A DNA stretch of 63,313 bases, the filler included, from Octopus bimaculoides (taxonomy: Eukaryota), in NCBI RefSeq assembly GCF_001194135.2. It is 3 parts of 3 records of this genome, joined end to end, with 100 filler letters (N's around TTAATTAATTAA, not from the genome) between each part and the next. Parts side by side here need not be neighbours in the genome. Positions count along the whole stretch, not along the records: positions 1 to 28,606 come from NC_068981.1; 2 more parts are not named here. One strand, 5' to 3'. The notes under the pieces are model-generated. The model saw only the letters and a program-made list of their open reading frames with translations, was not told where the DNA came from and did no database searches. Position numbers and translations under genes: made by a program. This document shows, one piece after another, positions 1-12,149 of the stretch. Numbering within the stretch: position 1 is the stretch's first letter; every line of letters begins with the position of its first letter.

Positions 1-62
<62 letters not shown>

Positions 63-72
63 TGTGTGTGTG

Positions 73-149
73 CTGGCGTGGCTGTTTGGTAGGCAGTTTT
101 CTTTCCAACCACATGATTCTGGGTTCAGTCCCACTGCATGGGACCTGTC

Positions 150-182
<33 letters not shown>

Positions 183-375
183 TGTATGTATGTATGTATG
201 TATGTATGTATGTATGTGTGCGTGTGTGTCTTTCTGGCTGTGTTTATAGGTTCGGAAAAAGCGACCAAGATTTTAAAATATTTAAGTACGGAGATCAATT
301 TGTTCGACTAAAATTCTTCAAGGCGGTGCCCCAGTATGGCCTTAGTTTAATGACTGAAACAAGTAAAAGATAGAA
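73..375 (+). mobile_element. tRNA-derived SINE, family B (diverged, internally deleted, central (TATG)n)
   Basis: Head gcgtggctgtttggtagg...gggttcagtcccactgc; tail aaggcggtgccccagtatggcc...gactgaaacaagtaaaaga, matching the other family-B copies in the window. Confidence 0.75.
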
Positions 376-1139
376 GATATACATGTGTGTGCATATACGT
401 GTGTGTAAAGATAAAGATATATATATATATACGTATGTATATATATATGCGTGTGTGTATGTGTGTGTATATACATATATATATTCTTTATTTATAGTTA
501 ATTATATATATATATATATATAATCAACTATAACATTTATTAACAGTTCAAAAGTGGAACAAATTGCGTGCCAGTATTCATTAAATACTGACAGAAAATA
601 TAATTTCCCGCCGACGAATTCTGCTTGAAACGTTAGCTTTTTCCTCACAAGCGAATTTATTCCAGTTTTTGAACTCTTTATACTCACTAATTGCTAACAC
701 TGACCATTACGAACTTTTCGAGGATTCGCCTCTTTATTTTATAGCATTCATTATTTTCGGTTTTAATCATGAGAAAATCTTTAAAAAAAAACTATTATCT
801 AAGAAAATTGCTTTTGATTTGTATCGACAAAATCTCACAACGGGCAGTAAAATAGGCAACGGATAATAAATTCACGTTTCGTTTGATAGGTAGATTCAAA
901 CGAGACGCAGGGAGGGACTCTTCGAAGAAATGAAGCGTATGTTGGAAGATTGCGACAGAATTTGAGGAATGTAAGTAATAAGAGGGGAGGTGAGGATAAT
1001 CAGTCAGGTTTATTCGAAAGAAGATCTTGACTGTAATGTCATAACATGGTTTTCCTTGTATATCTATTATGTCTTCTCTTTCCCCTTTTAATTCAGAGTA
1101 AATTTTGACTGACAACCAACTTGGTAGTTGTGAAGGAAA

Positions 1140-1704
1140 GTATCTTGATTTCACATCCTTTAAATCTTAAGGTCTCGCAAATATTTATAGTCCCAGATAT
1201 CGTGATCCTTTGTAGCTTATGAATTAAGGATTTGTATTCTCTCCCAAGATTCTAAGTTCAACCATACTTTGATCCAGATGGGTTGGTATGTATCCTGTTG
1301 CTCCAATAACAATGGCTATGAAGCTGAAAGTGTATCTTGGTTACTGGATTTGCAAACTCCTTATCAATGGTCCATAGATGTCCTCTTTCTCTAGTATTTT
1401 TCTAACCGCATTTGTGTCCAGGGTCAGCTGATTTCCAAAACTGAACATATCCTTTCTTTGCTGTCCCACACAACAATATCCGGCGGGTTGTGTTTTAACC
1501 TGATGGCTCTTTTAATTTTCAAGTTCTACCAGTAATTTTTTGACCCATCGGTCTCAATATGGTCAATTTCATTTGTGGGTATTCGCATTTTGTTATCCTG
1601 TTCCAGACCGTTCTGGCCACTGTATCATGCCTCACGGGAAGATAATATTTGAAAGTTGGCAATAATGTGGTTGATATCTTCAGTCTTGGTCTTGCACAGC
1701 ATAC

Positions 1705-1799
<95 letters not shown>

Positions 1800-2140
1800 C
1801 AACGTTTTCTAACTTTTATGTTGCAGGTACCTCGTGGATATCTTTTGTTCTTGGATTGCTTCGATGTAACCTTCAAAATAGTATGACATAAACTTGTAGG
1901 CTTTCCATGCCAAGCTACTGACATGCATCAAGTACCTATGTACTATCTTCTCAGTAAACTGGTGCATTTCTTTTCTGCTGTTCTGATGAGATCTGTGTCG
2001 GTTCTTATATCGTACCTCTCCGCGAGTTCATTCGCTATCCCTATTATGTGGTTAGTCTCATGGTCACAAACTTGGACAAGATGGTTATTGGTCTCTTTCC
2101 TCTGCTGCAGATGTTTCAGTGTCACAATCCGTGCTCCATG
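1140..2140 (-). mobile_element. Decayed 3' part of an R4/Dong-like non-LTR retrotransposon (thumb, CCHC knuckle, restriction-like endonuclease)
   Basis: Minus-strand frames with frameshifts/stops give EGYIEAIQEQKISTRY, CMLCKTKTEDINHII, YYLPVRHDTVAR, KHNPPDIVVWD..CSVLEIS.PLDTN..K..EK.DIYGPLIRSLQ..IVIGATG, LQRITISGTINICETL. It is split by (TG)n at 1708-1796. Confidence 0.8.
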
Positions 2141-2425
2141 TATGTATGTACGTATGTATGTATGTACGTATTATGTATGTATGTATGTATGTATGTATGT
2201 ATGTATGTATGTATGTACGTATGTATGTATGTACGTATTATGTATGAATGTATGTATGTATGTACGTATGTATGTATGTATGTATGTACGTATGTATGTA
2301 TGTACGTATTATGTATGTATGTTTGTATGTATGTATATATGTATGTATGTATGTACGTATGTATGTACGTATGTATGTATGTATGTATGTAGGTAGGTAG
2401 GTAGGTAGGTAGGTATGCGTGTATG
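2139..2425. repeat. (TATG)n/(TACG)/(TAGG)n compound microsatellite
   Basis: Directly visible. Confidence 0.95.
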
Positions 2426-2434
2426 TATGCATGT

Positions 2435-2544
2435 CATTATTCAGTTTATTTCAAGATTTCTTGCCAATAGAGAAAGATCCGGTTTCTAACCTAGATCCAA
2501 GGCTCCTTCATTGGAATTTCAACAACATCGACAGGGTATTTTTG

Positions 2545-2578
<34 letters not shown>

Positions 2579-3110
2579 TGTATGTATGTATGTATGTATG
2601 TATGTATGTCTATGAGCAGATTTGTATGTTTTGTTTTATACATCTATTCTCAGGCATATTCTTGCATATCTAGACATCCCCGTATATATTTAAATGATAA
2701 ACTTCTGGAAAGTTTTACAGATTTTTACAGTTCCAGTGATGGATTGGATCTGTAGTTTACGAATCAGCTTTCGCCTTTCTCGTTTTGAGAAGCCTAATTT
2801 CTCAAGATTGGTATTTAGGCAGTGTGTTACACATCTCAGGGCCCCAATAATTACAGGCATAAACCTAAACTTGTAATCTGGATAGAGTAGCTGTAGGTTC
2901 CTCAAAAGTTCAGCATAGGTGTTCTCTTTTTCACAGATCTTTAGCCTTATGTTAACACCCACTGAACAGTTTATTTCCACAACTGTACAGTTTTGGTTCA
3001 ACTGTAGGTTTTTGTTCAAAGTTACAGCCTCGTAGAACACTGTACCACGCTGAGTGTGTCTGAAAATAAGGCTAACGGTACACATGTCTGTGAAATACAC
3101 AACCACTTCA
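2435..3110 (-). mobile_element. 3' end of a second, distinct R4/Dong-like RLE LINE (5'-truncated)
   Basis: ORF 2690-3106: VVEINCSVGVNIRLKICEKENTYAELLRNLQLLYPDYKFRFMPVIIGALRCV...LQIQSITGTVKICKTF*, a typical RLE C-terminus. The putative 3'UTR continues to about 2435 across a (TATG)n. Confidence 0.8.
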
Positions 3111-3383
3111 ACGTTACATTAACGATTCGGCAGGTCAGTTGATAGAGATATTGAATAAACCTTTCTCTTTACATATCTATTCGTGTGTATGTGCTTGTTT
3201 GTCTGTCTGTCTTTAATCTAAATATACGTATCATCAGTCAATATCTTCCAATCTAAATACTTACGAACATGTATGTTATTGGTGTTATTCTAAGTTGATA
3301 TGTGTTGATGTGTGTACACACGCATGTCTACAGACGCTAAAAACATGTATACAACGAACAAACATATCAATGTACAGACATAA

Positions 3384-3420
<37 letters not shown>

Positions 3421-4259
3421 NNNNNNNNNNNNNNNNNNNNNNNNNNNNNNNNNNNNNNNNNNNNNNNNNNNNNNNNNNNNNNNNNNNNNNNNNNNNNNNN
3501 NNNNNNNNNNNNNNNNNNNNNNNNNNNNNNNNNNNNNNNNNNNNNNNNNNNNNNNNNNNNNNNNNNNNNNNNNNNNNNNNNNNNNNNNNNNNNNNNNNNN
3601 NNNNNNNNNNNNNNNNNNNNNNNNNNNNNNNNNNNNNNNNNNNNNNNNNNNNNNNNNNNNNNNNNNNNNNNNNNNNNNNNNNNNNNNNNNNNNNNNNNNN
3701 NNNNNNNNNNNNNNNNNNNNNNNNNNNNNNNNNNNNNNNNNNNNNNNNNNNNNNNNNNNNNNNNNNNNNNNNNNNNNNNNNNNNNNNNNNNNNNNNNNNN
3801 NNNNNNNNNNNNNNNNNNNNNNNNNNNNNNNNNNNNNNNNNNNNNNNNNNNNNNNNNNNNNNNNNNNNNNNNNNNNNNNNNNNNNNNNNNNNNNNNNNNN
3901 NNNNNNNNNNNNNNNNNNNNNNNNNNNNNNNNNNNNNNNNNNNNNNNNNNNNNNNNNNNNNNNNNNNNNNNNNNNNNNNNNNNNNNNNNNNNNNNNNNNN
4001 NNNNNNNNNNNNNNNNNNNNNNNNNNNNNNNNNNNNNNNNNNNNNNNNNNNNNNNNNNNNNNNNNNNNNNNNNNNNNNNNNNNNNNNNNNNNNNNNNNNN
4101 NNNNNNNNNNNNNNNNNNNNNNNNNNNNNNNNNNNNNNNNNNNNNNNNNNNNNNNNNNNNNNNNNNNNNNNNNNNNNNNNNNNNNNNNNNNNNNNNNNNN
4201 NNNNNNNNNNNNNNNNNNNNNNNNNNNNNNNNNNNNNNNNNNNNNNNNNNNNNNNNNNN

Positions 4260-4304
<45 letters not shown>

Positions 4305-4961
4305 CATGCAAATGCATATATACACAAATATAAACCCATACATTTATACATACATATGTATATTTATATATATATGTATATATATATACTCACACGCACA
4401 CACATACGTATATGAAATATATACAATATACAAATATATATAAATATATACATATACATATACACATACATATATAAGATATACATATATATATATATAA
4501 ACATATATACATACATGTGTGTGTACGTGTACGTGTGTGTGTGTGTGTGTGTGCGTGCGTGCGTGTTATTCTTGAGGACGATATTGTCACTTATGATTGG
4601 GAAGCTAATGAAGTGGCAAAAACAGTAGAAAGCTAATACTTGACTCGAGAGTAATTTGATAAGCTGTTGTTGTTGTTGCAGCTCCTACTGGAGCTGGCTG
4701 CTGCTGCTTCTGTTGCTTAACTTCCGTTTCAAATCTGATCGAACAGTTCTTGGTTACTGTAGATTTTTTTTTTTTTTGTTATTTTTGTTTCCTGTTTTTC
4801 GTTTTCATTTTTTTCGTCTTTTTTTTACCTTTTATGATCGAAGTCATTCCATCTGTGATTAGCTTGTCTCTTAAAGAGTAACCATGACTACAGAATCTAC
4901 CCTGTCTTCCTCCTTTTCCAAAAAACAATATGATGTCATTTGAGGGAGATTACCCTTTTTT

Positions 4962-5368
4962 TACTCTTTTACTTGTTTCAGTCAGTTGACTGTGGCCATG
5001 CTGGAGCACCGCCTTTTAGTCGAGTAAATCGACCGCAGGACTTATTCTTTGTAAGCCTAGTACTTATTCTATCGGTTTCTTTTGCCGAACGGCTAAGTTA
5101 CGGGGACGTAAACACACTAGCATCAGTTGTCAAGCGATGTTGGAGGGACAAACACAGACACACAAACATACACACACATACATATATATATATACATATA
5201 TACAACGGGCTTCTTTCAGTTTCCATCTACCAAATCCACTCACAAGGCTTTGGTCGGCCCGAGGCTATAGTAGAAGACACTTGCCCAAGGTGCCATGCAG
5301 TGGGACTGAACCCAGAGCCATGTGGCTGGTAAGCAAGCTACTTACCACACAGCCACTGCTGCGCCTAT
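4962..5368 (-). mobile_element. tRNA-derived SINE, family B (near full length)
   Basis: Reverse complement begins aggcgcagcagtggctgtgtggtaagtagcttgc...gggttcagtcccactgc (A/B boxes), has a central (AT)/(AC) tract, and ends with the ...gactgaaacaagtaaaagagta tail. Confidence 0.88.
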
Positions 5369-5568
5369 GATCATAGATTGATCATCTATTTCTAGTAGGT
5401 CGAACAACTACGTACAGGATCTTTCGCTGGTTGAGATTTTGATAAATTTCTATACATAAATGCTTTAAGGAAGACTGAAGTAAGACGACAGGAATAGATT
5501 CATTGTTGCGAGAGATGTTAGTGGAGAGAGTAACAGAGCAGTGGAGTAGATAATATTTGCGGGAGGAT

Positions 5569-6400
5569 AAGGCGGCAACTGGCAGAATCGTTAGCACGCT
5601 GGACGCAAAGCTAAGCGGTATTTCGTCCGAGGTCGACTTTGCCTTTCATCTTTTCGGGGTCGATAACTTAAGTACCAGTTAAACACTGGAGTCGATGTAA
5701 TCGATTTATTTCCTACCCCCAAAATTTCAGGCCTTGTGCCTAGAGTAGAAAGGATTATTTTTAAGAAGGCGACGAGCTGGCAGAAACGTTAGCGTGCTGG
5801 ACGAAATGCTTAGCGGTATTTCGTCTGCCACTGCGTTCTGAGTTCAAATTCCACCGAGGTCGACTTTGCCTTTCATCCTTTCGGGGTCGATAAATTAAGT
5901 ACCAGTTACGCACTGGGGTCGATGTAATCGACTTAATCCGTTTGTCTGTCCTTGTTTGTCCCCTCTGTGTGTAGCTCCTTGTGGGCAGTAAAGATATAAG
6001 AAACGTTAGCACGCCGGGTGAAATGCTTAGCGGTATTTCGTCTGTCTTTGCGTTCTGAGTTCAAATTCTGCCGAGGCTGACTTTACCTTTCATCCTTTCG
6101 TGGTGGATAAATTAAGTACCAGTTGCGTACTGGAGTAAATCTAATCGACTGGGCCCTCCGCAAAAATTTCGGGCCGTGTGCCTAGAGTAGAAAAGAATAT
6201 TTGCGGGAGGATAAGATGGCAAAATGGTTAGCGGCATTTCGTTAGTGTCTACGTTCTGAGTTCAAATTCCGCCGAGGTGAAATTTGTCTTTTATTATCCT
6301 TTCTGGGTCGATAAAATTAGTACCAGTTGAGCTTTGAGGGTCGATGTAATCAACTAGGCCCCCTCCCCACAACTTGCTGGCCTTGTGCCAGAATTTGAAA
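5569..6400 (+). mobile_element. Head-to-tail array of about 4 family-A tRNA-derived SINEs
   Basis: Repeated unit ggcggcgagctggcagaa.cgttagcacgc..gaaatgcttagcggtatttcg..ctgagttcaaattccgccgaggtcgactttgcctttcatcctttcggggtcgataaattaagtaccag..ctggggtcgatgtaatcgac starting at about 5569, 5766, 6001 and 6215. Confidence 0.88.
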
Positions 6401-7098
6401 CCAATAGGTAGTGAAGGAGACAAAAAACAAGAAGTAAGGAAAGAGATATTGGCATAGCTAGTGTGTATGTCGCAAGGGACAACCCTTGAGTCTGAAAAGA
6501 GAGGCCGATGAGTACCATAGAGGATGGAGGAAGGAGAAGAGAAGAATATGAATGTAGGAAAGCACTCCAGGTGAAGAGGCTGATAAGAGAAGACTGTGGA
6601 AGAGAGGGATACGGGAGCAGTGGCTGAATGCAGCGAGGTCAGTGAAGGAAGGAAAGGTGGGTAGTGAAATAAAGGGTGGATTGTGAGATAAAGGGAAGAG
6701 AAGGTGCTGGGTGGCAAGAGAAGCAACCTGAGAGAGAACGTATAGGTTGGTAATACAGCAGAAAGCGTACAAGAGATGTGGTGGGGAGGCTATGAATCAC
6801 GAAGAGACGGAAGTCATAAAGTGGGGTAAGAGTTAAAATGCAAAGTGAGCGGGAAAAATGTCATATTATCATATTTATTATATTATATTATATTATATGA
6901 CGAGACAAAACGGTGTCGAGACTGCGAGTGTCCCAGAGTCCCTAGAGCTGATGAATCGAGTGTGTTATGAACAAACATTCGCCGTAAAAGAGTTGTTCTC
7001 CTGAAACGTAACACAGCAGCGATTACTACATTCACGTTCGAATCTGCCAAAACTCACTGTTCATCGTTCATGTGACGATTTATCATATATTCACAATG

Positions 7099-7409
7099 AC
7101 CCCGACCATGGGATTTCACCTAGGAAGTTCCTCTCCGAAGCACAATTCCAGGCAAGGTTGTTTATGGAAAACCAGCAACTGCCTTTGCATACCAGCCTTC
7201 CCTTTCCATGCCATCGATGTTATCCGATGGAAAGGTAAAGGCCGATGAAGTTTGGCACCAGTGACGTCCCAACTCATTTCTGCAAATGAGTGAACTGGAG
7301 CAACGTGAAATAAAGCGTTTTGCTCTAGAACACACTGCCAGGTCCGGGAATCGAACTCACTACGTCATGATTGTGAACTCGACGCTCTAACACCTGAGCC
7401 ATGCGCCTA
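7099..7409 (-). mobile_element. tRNA-derived SINE, family D
   Basis: Reverse complement: aggcgcatggctcaggtgttagagcgtcgagttcacaatc...gagttcgattcccggacc (A and B boxes), with body similar to 23581-23901. Confidence 0.8.
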
Positions 7410-7432
7410 TATTATATATATATTATATTATA

Positions 7433-8025
7433 AAGGTGGCGAGCTGGCAGAAACGTTAGCACGCCGGGCGAAATGCTTAGCAGTATTTCGTCTGTCTTTA
7501 CGTTCTGAGTTCAAATTCCGCCAAGGTCGACTTTGCCTTTCATCCTTTCGGAGTCGATAAATTAAGTACCAGTTGCGTCCTGGGGTCGATCTAATCGACT
7601 GGCCTCCTCTCACCAAAAATATCGGGCCTTGTGCCTAGAGTAGAAGAAAAAAATCATTAAAGAATCATTAGCACGCCGGGCGAAATGCTTAGCGGTATTT
7701 CGGCTGCCGTTACGTTCTGAGTTCAAATTCCGCCGAGGTCGACTTTGCCTTTCATCCTTTCGGGGTCGATAAATTAAGTACCAGTTACGCACTGGGGTCG
7801 ATGTAATCGACTTAATCCGTTCGTCTGTTCTTGTTTGTTCCCTCTATGTTTAGCCCCTTGTGGGCAATAACGAAACAGGTATTTCGGCTGCCGCTACGTT
7901 CTGAGTTCAAATTCCGCCGAGGTCGACTTTGCCTGTTATCCTTTCGGGGTCAATGGAATAAGTAACAGTTATGCACTGGAGTCGATGTAATCGACTAGCC
8001 CCTTCTCCCAAAATTTTCAAGGCCA
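7433..8025 (+). mobile_element. Head-to-tail array of 3 family-A SINEs
   Basis: Units at about 7433, 7665 and 7880 with the same consensus as the 5569-6400 array. Confidence 0.88.
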
Positions 8026-8639
8026 TATTAATTCATATCATATATACTTTGGTGTTGTCTCATGTTTTAGTTCGATGACGTAGTGACGAAGTATTCAACA
8101 AAAGACCGTACTGAGTGAGAGGGGCGTTGAAAGGTAACACCACACCGAAATTAAACTTATCCGGCAATAGTTTTAGCATATGAGCAGTATACATCTATAA
8201 ACAACACCTTTTGCATTTACCGAAAGTTTTATGACTGAAGCAACAGAGAAATTCTTAAATGCCATAGAAAAAAAGAAAGTCGAAAATTCTCAACGAGAGT
8301 TAAAACATATTTAAGTCAGGAACAGATACATATATGTGATTCCTGATAGGAAATCATATATTACTGTGAAATGAAATTTCCATGATAATTTCCTGGTGGA
8401 ATCACGATGAAAACTTTTTTTTGAATATTAGGTAATGCATATAACATTTGTTAATAGCTAAATCTGCCAGCCTAGCACTGACATCAACTCAATATGGCTG
8501 CCTATTGTGGAAAATATAATTAAACAAAATAAAAATAAAGCAAAGCATTAAATGTGCATGTGTAATGATCTTGCGAATAATGCCGTTTCTTAAGTCAGTT
8601 TAGTGGCAATCACAGTTCAATCCGTAGGATCTATGTAAC

Positions 8640-8813
8640 GATTCAGAAATGGTTCTAAAAGCACGTGGTTCCGGTTTCAGTTCCACTGCGCGGCTTCTTG
8701 CGCAAGTGTGCTCTAGTATGGCCCTGGGTTGACTAATACCGTGCGAATTTGGTTGACGGAAACTGAATGGAAACCTGTCGCATATATCCATACATACATA
8801 CATACATATAAGC

Positions 8814-8893
<80 letters not shown>

Positions 8894-9465
8894 ACATATG
8901 TATGTCTATATATATACGTATGGATGGATGGATGGATGGATGGATGTGTGAGTGAGTGTATGTATGCATGTGTATATGTATGCATGCATGCATGTAGGTA
9001 TGTATGTATGTATGCACGTATGTATGCATGTATGTATGTACGTTTGTGTATATATGCATGTATGTATGTACGTGTGTGTATGTATGCACGTGTGTATGTG
9101 TGTGTGTATGTATGTATGTATGTATACATGCATGCATGTATGTATGTACGTGTGTATGTATGTATGCATGTATGTATGTATTACGTGTGTATGTATGCAT
9201 GCATGCACGTATGTATGTATGTTTGTGAGTGTGTCTTAGTATTCGTGCTTCTCCCTCCTCCCCCCCCCCGCCTTCTCCACTATCGCTTGACAACCGATGT
9301 TCATGCCTCCGTAACTTAGCAGTACGGCAAAAAAATCTGATAGAACAAACAGCTGGCTTTAAAGAATATACAATAAATATTAGAGTTGATCTGTTTACTA
9401 AACCATTCAAGGCGGTGCCCCAGCGTGGCCACACTCCAACGATTGAAACGAATTAAGCGAAAGAA
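8640..9465 (+). mobile_element. Family-B SINE with about 440 bp expanded internal compound microsatellite
   Basis: Head/body 8640-8785 (ggttccggtttcagttccactgcg...gacggaaactgaa), (AT)(TG)(GGAT)(TATG) tract 8785-9225, tail 9225-9465 (atcgcttgacaaccgatg...aaggcggtgccccagcgtggcc). Confidence 0.75.
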
Positions 9466-10002
9466 TATGATTTCTAAAGACCAGGTTAATAACCTGAAAA
9501 ATTATAATCGTATATTTGAACTTATCTCGAAAGAAGATTATAAGATCTGGTAATATTAGAATTATGGAAACAACACATTAAATACCATTTTCTTTTTTTT
9601 TTCATGTCTGTTATTAATATGTGTTGTTATGTACGCAGTGTTTGTATGTGTTAATGAGTATTTGAAATGGTTGGCAGAGGAATTAGTGTCTGAAAGAATG
9701 CACAATGACATTACAGAATATGTCATGTGAATAAGATCGCTAATTAACCAATTAAATTAAAGTCTTGGATAAATCACAGAATTTAGGCGTTTGTGGTTAC
9801 ATTTATTTTCTCGGCTAATTAGAACAAGATCTGGAGTGTGGTGTGGAATCGAAAATATGATTTGCAAAGAAAGAATTGTCTTGAGTCTTTTCGTTTTCCT
9901 CCTCTGTTTTTTTGTTTTTTTTTCTTTTTTTGACTTGTCTGATTCGCTGGATTTCCTACGATTCCCAACAAATAACTTTGATGCATAAACTAAAACGTAG
10001 AG

Positions 10003-10040
<38 letters not shown>

Positions 10041-10089
10041 TATCATCATCATCGTCATCGTCATCATCATCATCATCATCGTCATCATC

Positions 10090-10121
<32 letters not shown>

Positions 10122-10207
10122 CATCCCCATCGTCGTCATCGTCGTCGTCGTCGTCGTCATCATCGTCATCATCATCATCGTCGTCATCATCATCATCTTC
10201 ATCATCA

Positions 10208-10240
<33 letters not shown>

Positions 10241-10345
10241 TCATCATCATCATCATCATCATCACCACCAGCACCGACAGCATCAACATTACTATAATTG
10301 TCATCATCATCATCATCATCATCATTATCATCATGACAACGATGA
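10003..10345. repeat. (CAT)n/(CGT)n trinucleotide tract
   Basis: Directly visible; source of the poly-His/Asp/Met pseudo-ORFs. Confidence 0.95.
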
Positions 10346-10807
10346 TGATAACGAAGAGGAGAGGAAGGGAGACAAGAAAAAGAAGAGTAGGACGAGAAGA
10401 AGCGGTGGAGGGACGCGATGACGACGGCGAGATGAGAACAATAATGGTAATAGGAGAAATACTGATGGTTGCGTTGATAAAAACGATAATGGTGATGGTG
10501 ATTGTGACGGTGATGATGGGGTGACGATGGGGTGGCGGTAGTGATGGTGATGGTGATGGTGTTGGTGAGCCTTTTCATGACTTCCATATTCAATCTTCGT
10601 AGGGTAGAGTTAGTTAAATGAACCTATTGACACATATTTACGAAATATTGTCAGCGAAAGATAAAAACGGGGGACATGTGAGGCCCCGAATTCGAAATAC
10701 TGAAGAATCTAGTTTGATGGTCGATCATTTGTATTATTTCCACTTCGTTTTCCACTTCCTTTTTCTTCATCGTATTCTTCTGTTTCCGTGAAGGGTTGTC
10801 TACTATT

Positions 10808-11510
10808 GCTCTTTTACTCTTTTACCCGTTTCAGTCATTTGACTGTGGCCATGCTGGAGCACCGCCTTTAGTCGAACAAATCGACCCCAGGACTTATTAT
10901 TTGTAAGCCTAGTACTTATTCTATCGGTCTCTTTTTGCTGAACCGCTAAGTTATGGGGACATAAACACACCAGCATCGGTTGTCAAGCGATGGTTGGGGG
11001 GGGGACAAATACAGACACACAAACATATACACACACACATACATACGTACATATATATTTTTTCTCTCCTATTTTTTTCTCTCCTTGTTTCTTTCTGTGT
11101 TCCGTTCGTGCTACAGATCATGGTGAGAGGGATAACTTCCCTTGGCAAACAGGACACAGTAGTGTGTCGATAAGCCAGCTGGAGGAGATGTCCTCCTGGG
11201 GCTAAAAGCAACAGTAACATCCACCCCTAGGGGTCAGCCACACTTAAGTGGCAATATACTACACTTTATCGTGCAGTTACTGTTAATACTTCATTTAGAG
11301 AATTAACATTGCTTATATATATATATATATATATATATATACGACGGGCTTCTTTCAGTTTCCGTCTACCAGATCCACTCACAAGGCTTTGGTCGGCCCG
11401 AGGCTATAGTAGAAGACACTTGCCCAAGGTGCCACGCAGTGGGACTGAACCCGGAACCATGTGGTTCATAAGCAAGCTACTTACCACACAGCCACTCCTA
11501 CACCTATGTG
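10808..11510 (-). mobile_element. Family-B SINE interrupted by about 260 bp unrelated sequence
   Basis: Tail half 10808-11055, unique insert about 11060-11315, head half 11341-11510. Confidence 0.75.
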
Positions 11511-12149
11511 NNNNNNNNNNNNNNNNNNNNNNNNNNNNNNTGTTCCGTTCGTGCTACAGATCATGGTGAGAGGGATAACTTCCCTTGGCAAACAGGACAC
11601 AGTAGTGTGTCGATAAGCCAGCTGGAGGAGATGTCCTCCTGGGGCTAAAAGCAACAGTAACATCCACCCCTAGGGGTCAGCCACACTTAAGTGGCAATAT
11701 ACTACACTTTATCGTGCAGTTACTGTTAATACTTCATTTAGAGAATTAACATTGCTTATATATATATATATATATATATATATACGACGGGCTTCTTTCA
11801 GTTTCCGTCTACCAGATCCACTCACAAGGCTTTGGTCGGCCCGAGGCTATAGTAGAAGACACTTGCCCAAGGTGCCACGCAGTGGGACTGAACCCGGAAC
11901 CATGTGGTTCATAAGCAAGCTACTTACCACACAGCCACTCCTACACCTATGTGAATGATATTATTACGTGACACTGGCCAAACCACTTTCGCTATTTGTC
12001 TTCATTCTGTGGCAAGGACAATAACTTCAGTAATCTAATATGTCATCCAGTTAGATCGTCATTGACTTGGGAAATTTAATGAAGTGCTAATGTGAGAATA
12101 GTGTTTCGTGTCATTGTTATAATGTACGGTACAACATGTCTAGAAATTT

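Noticed and set aside
11098-11953. Apparent 413-bp tandem duplication (11098-11510 and 11541-11953)
   Set aside because: Identical copies flank a 30-N gap; unmerged contig overlap.
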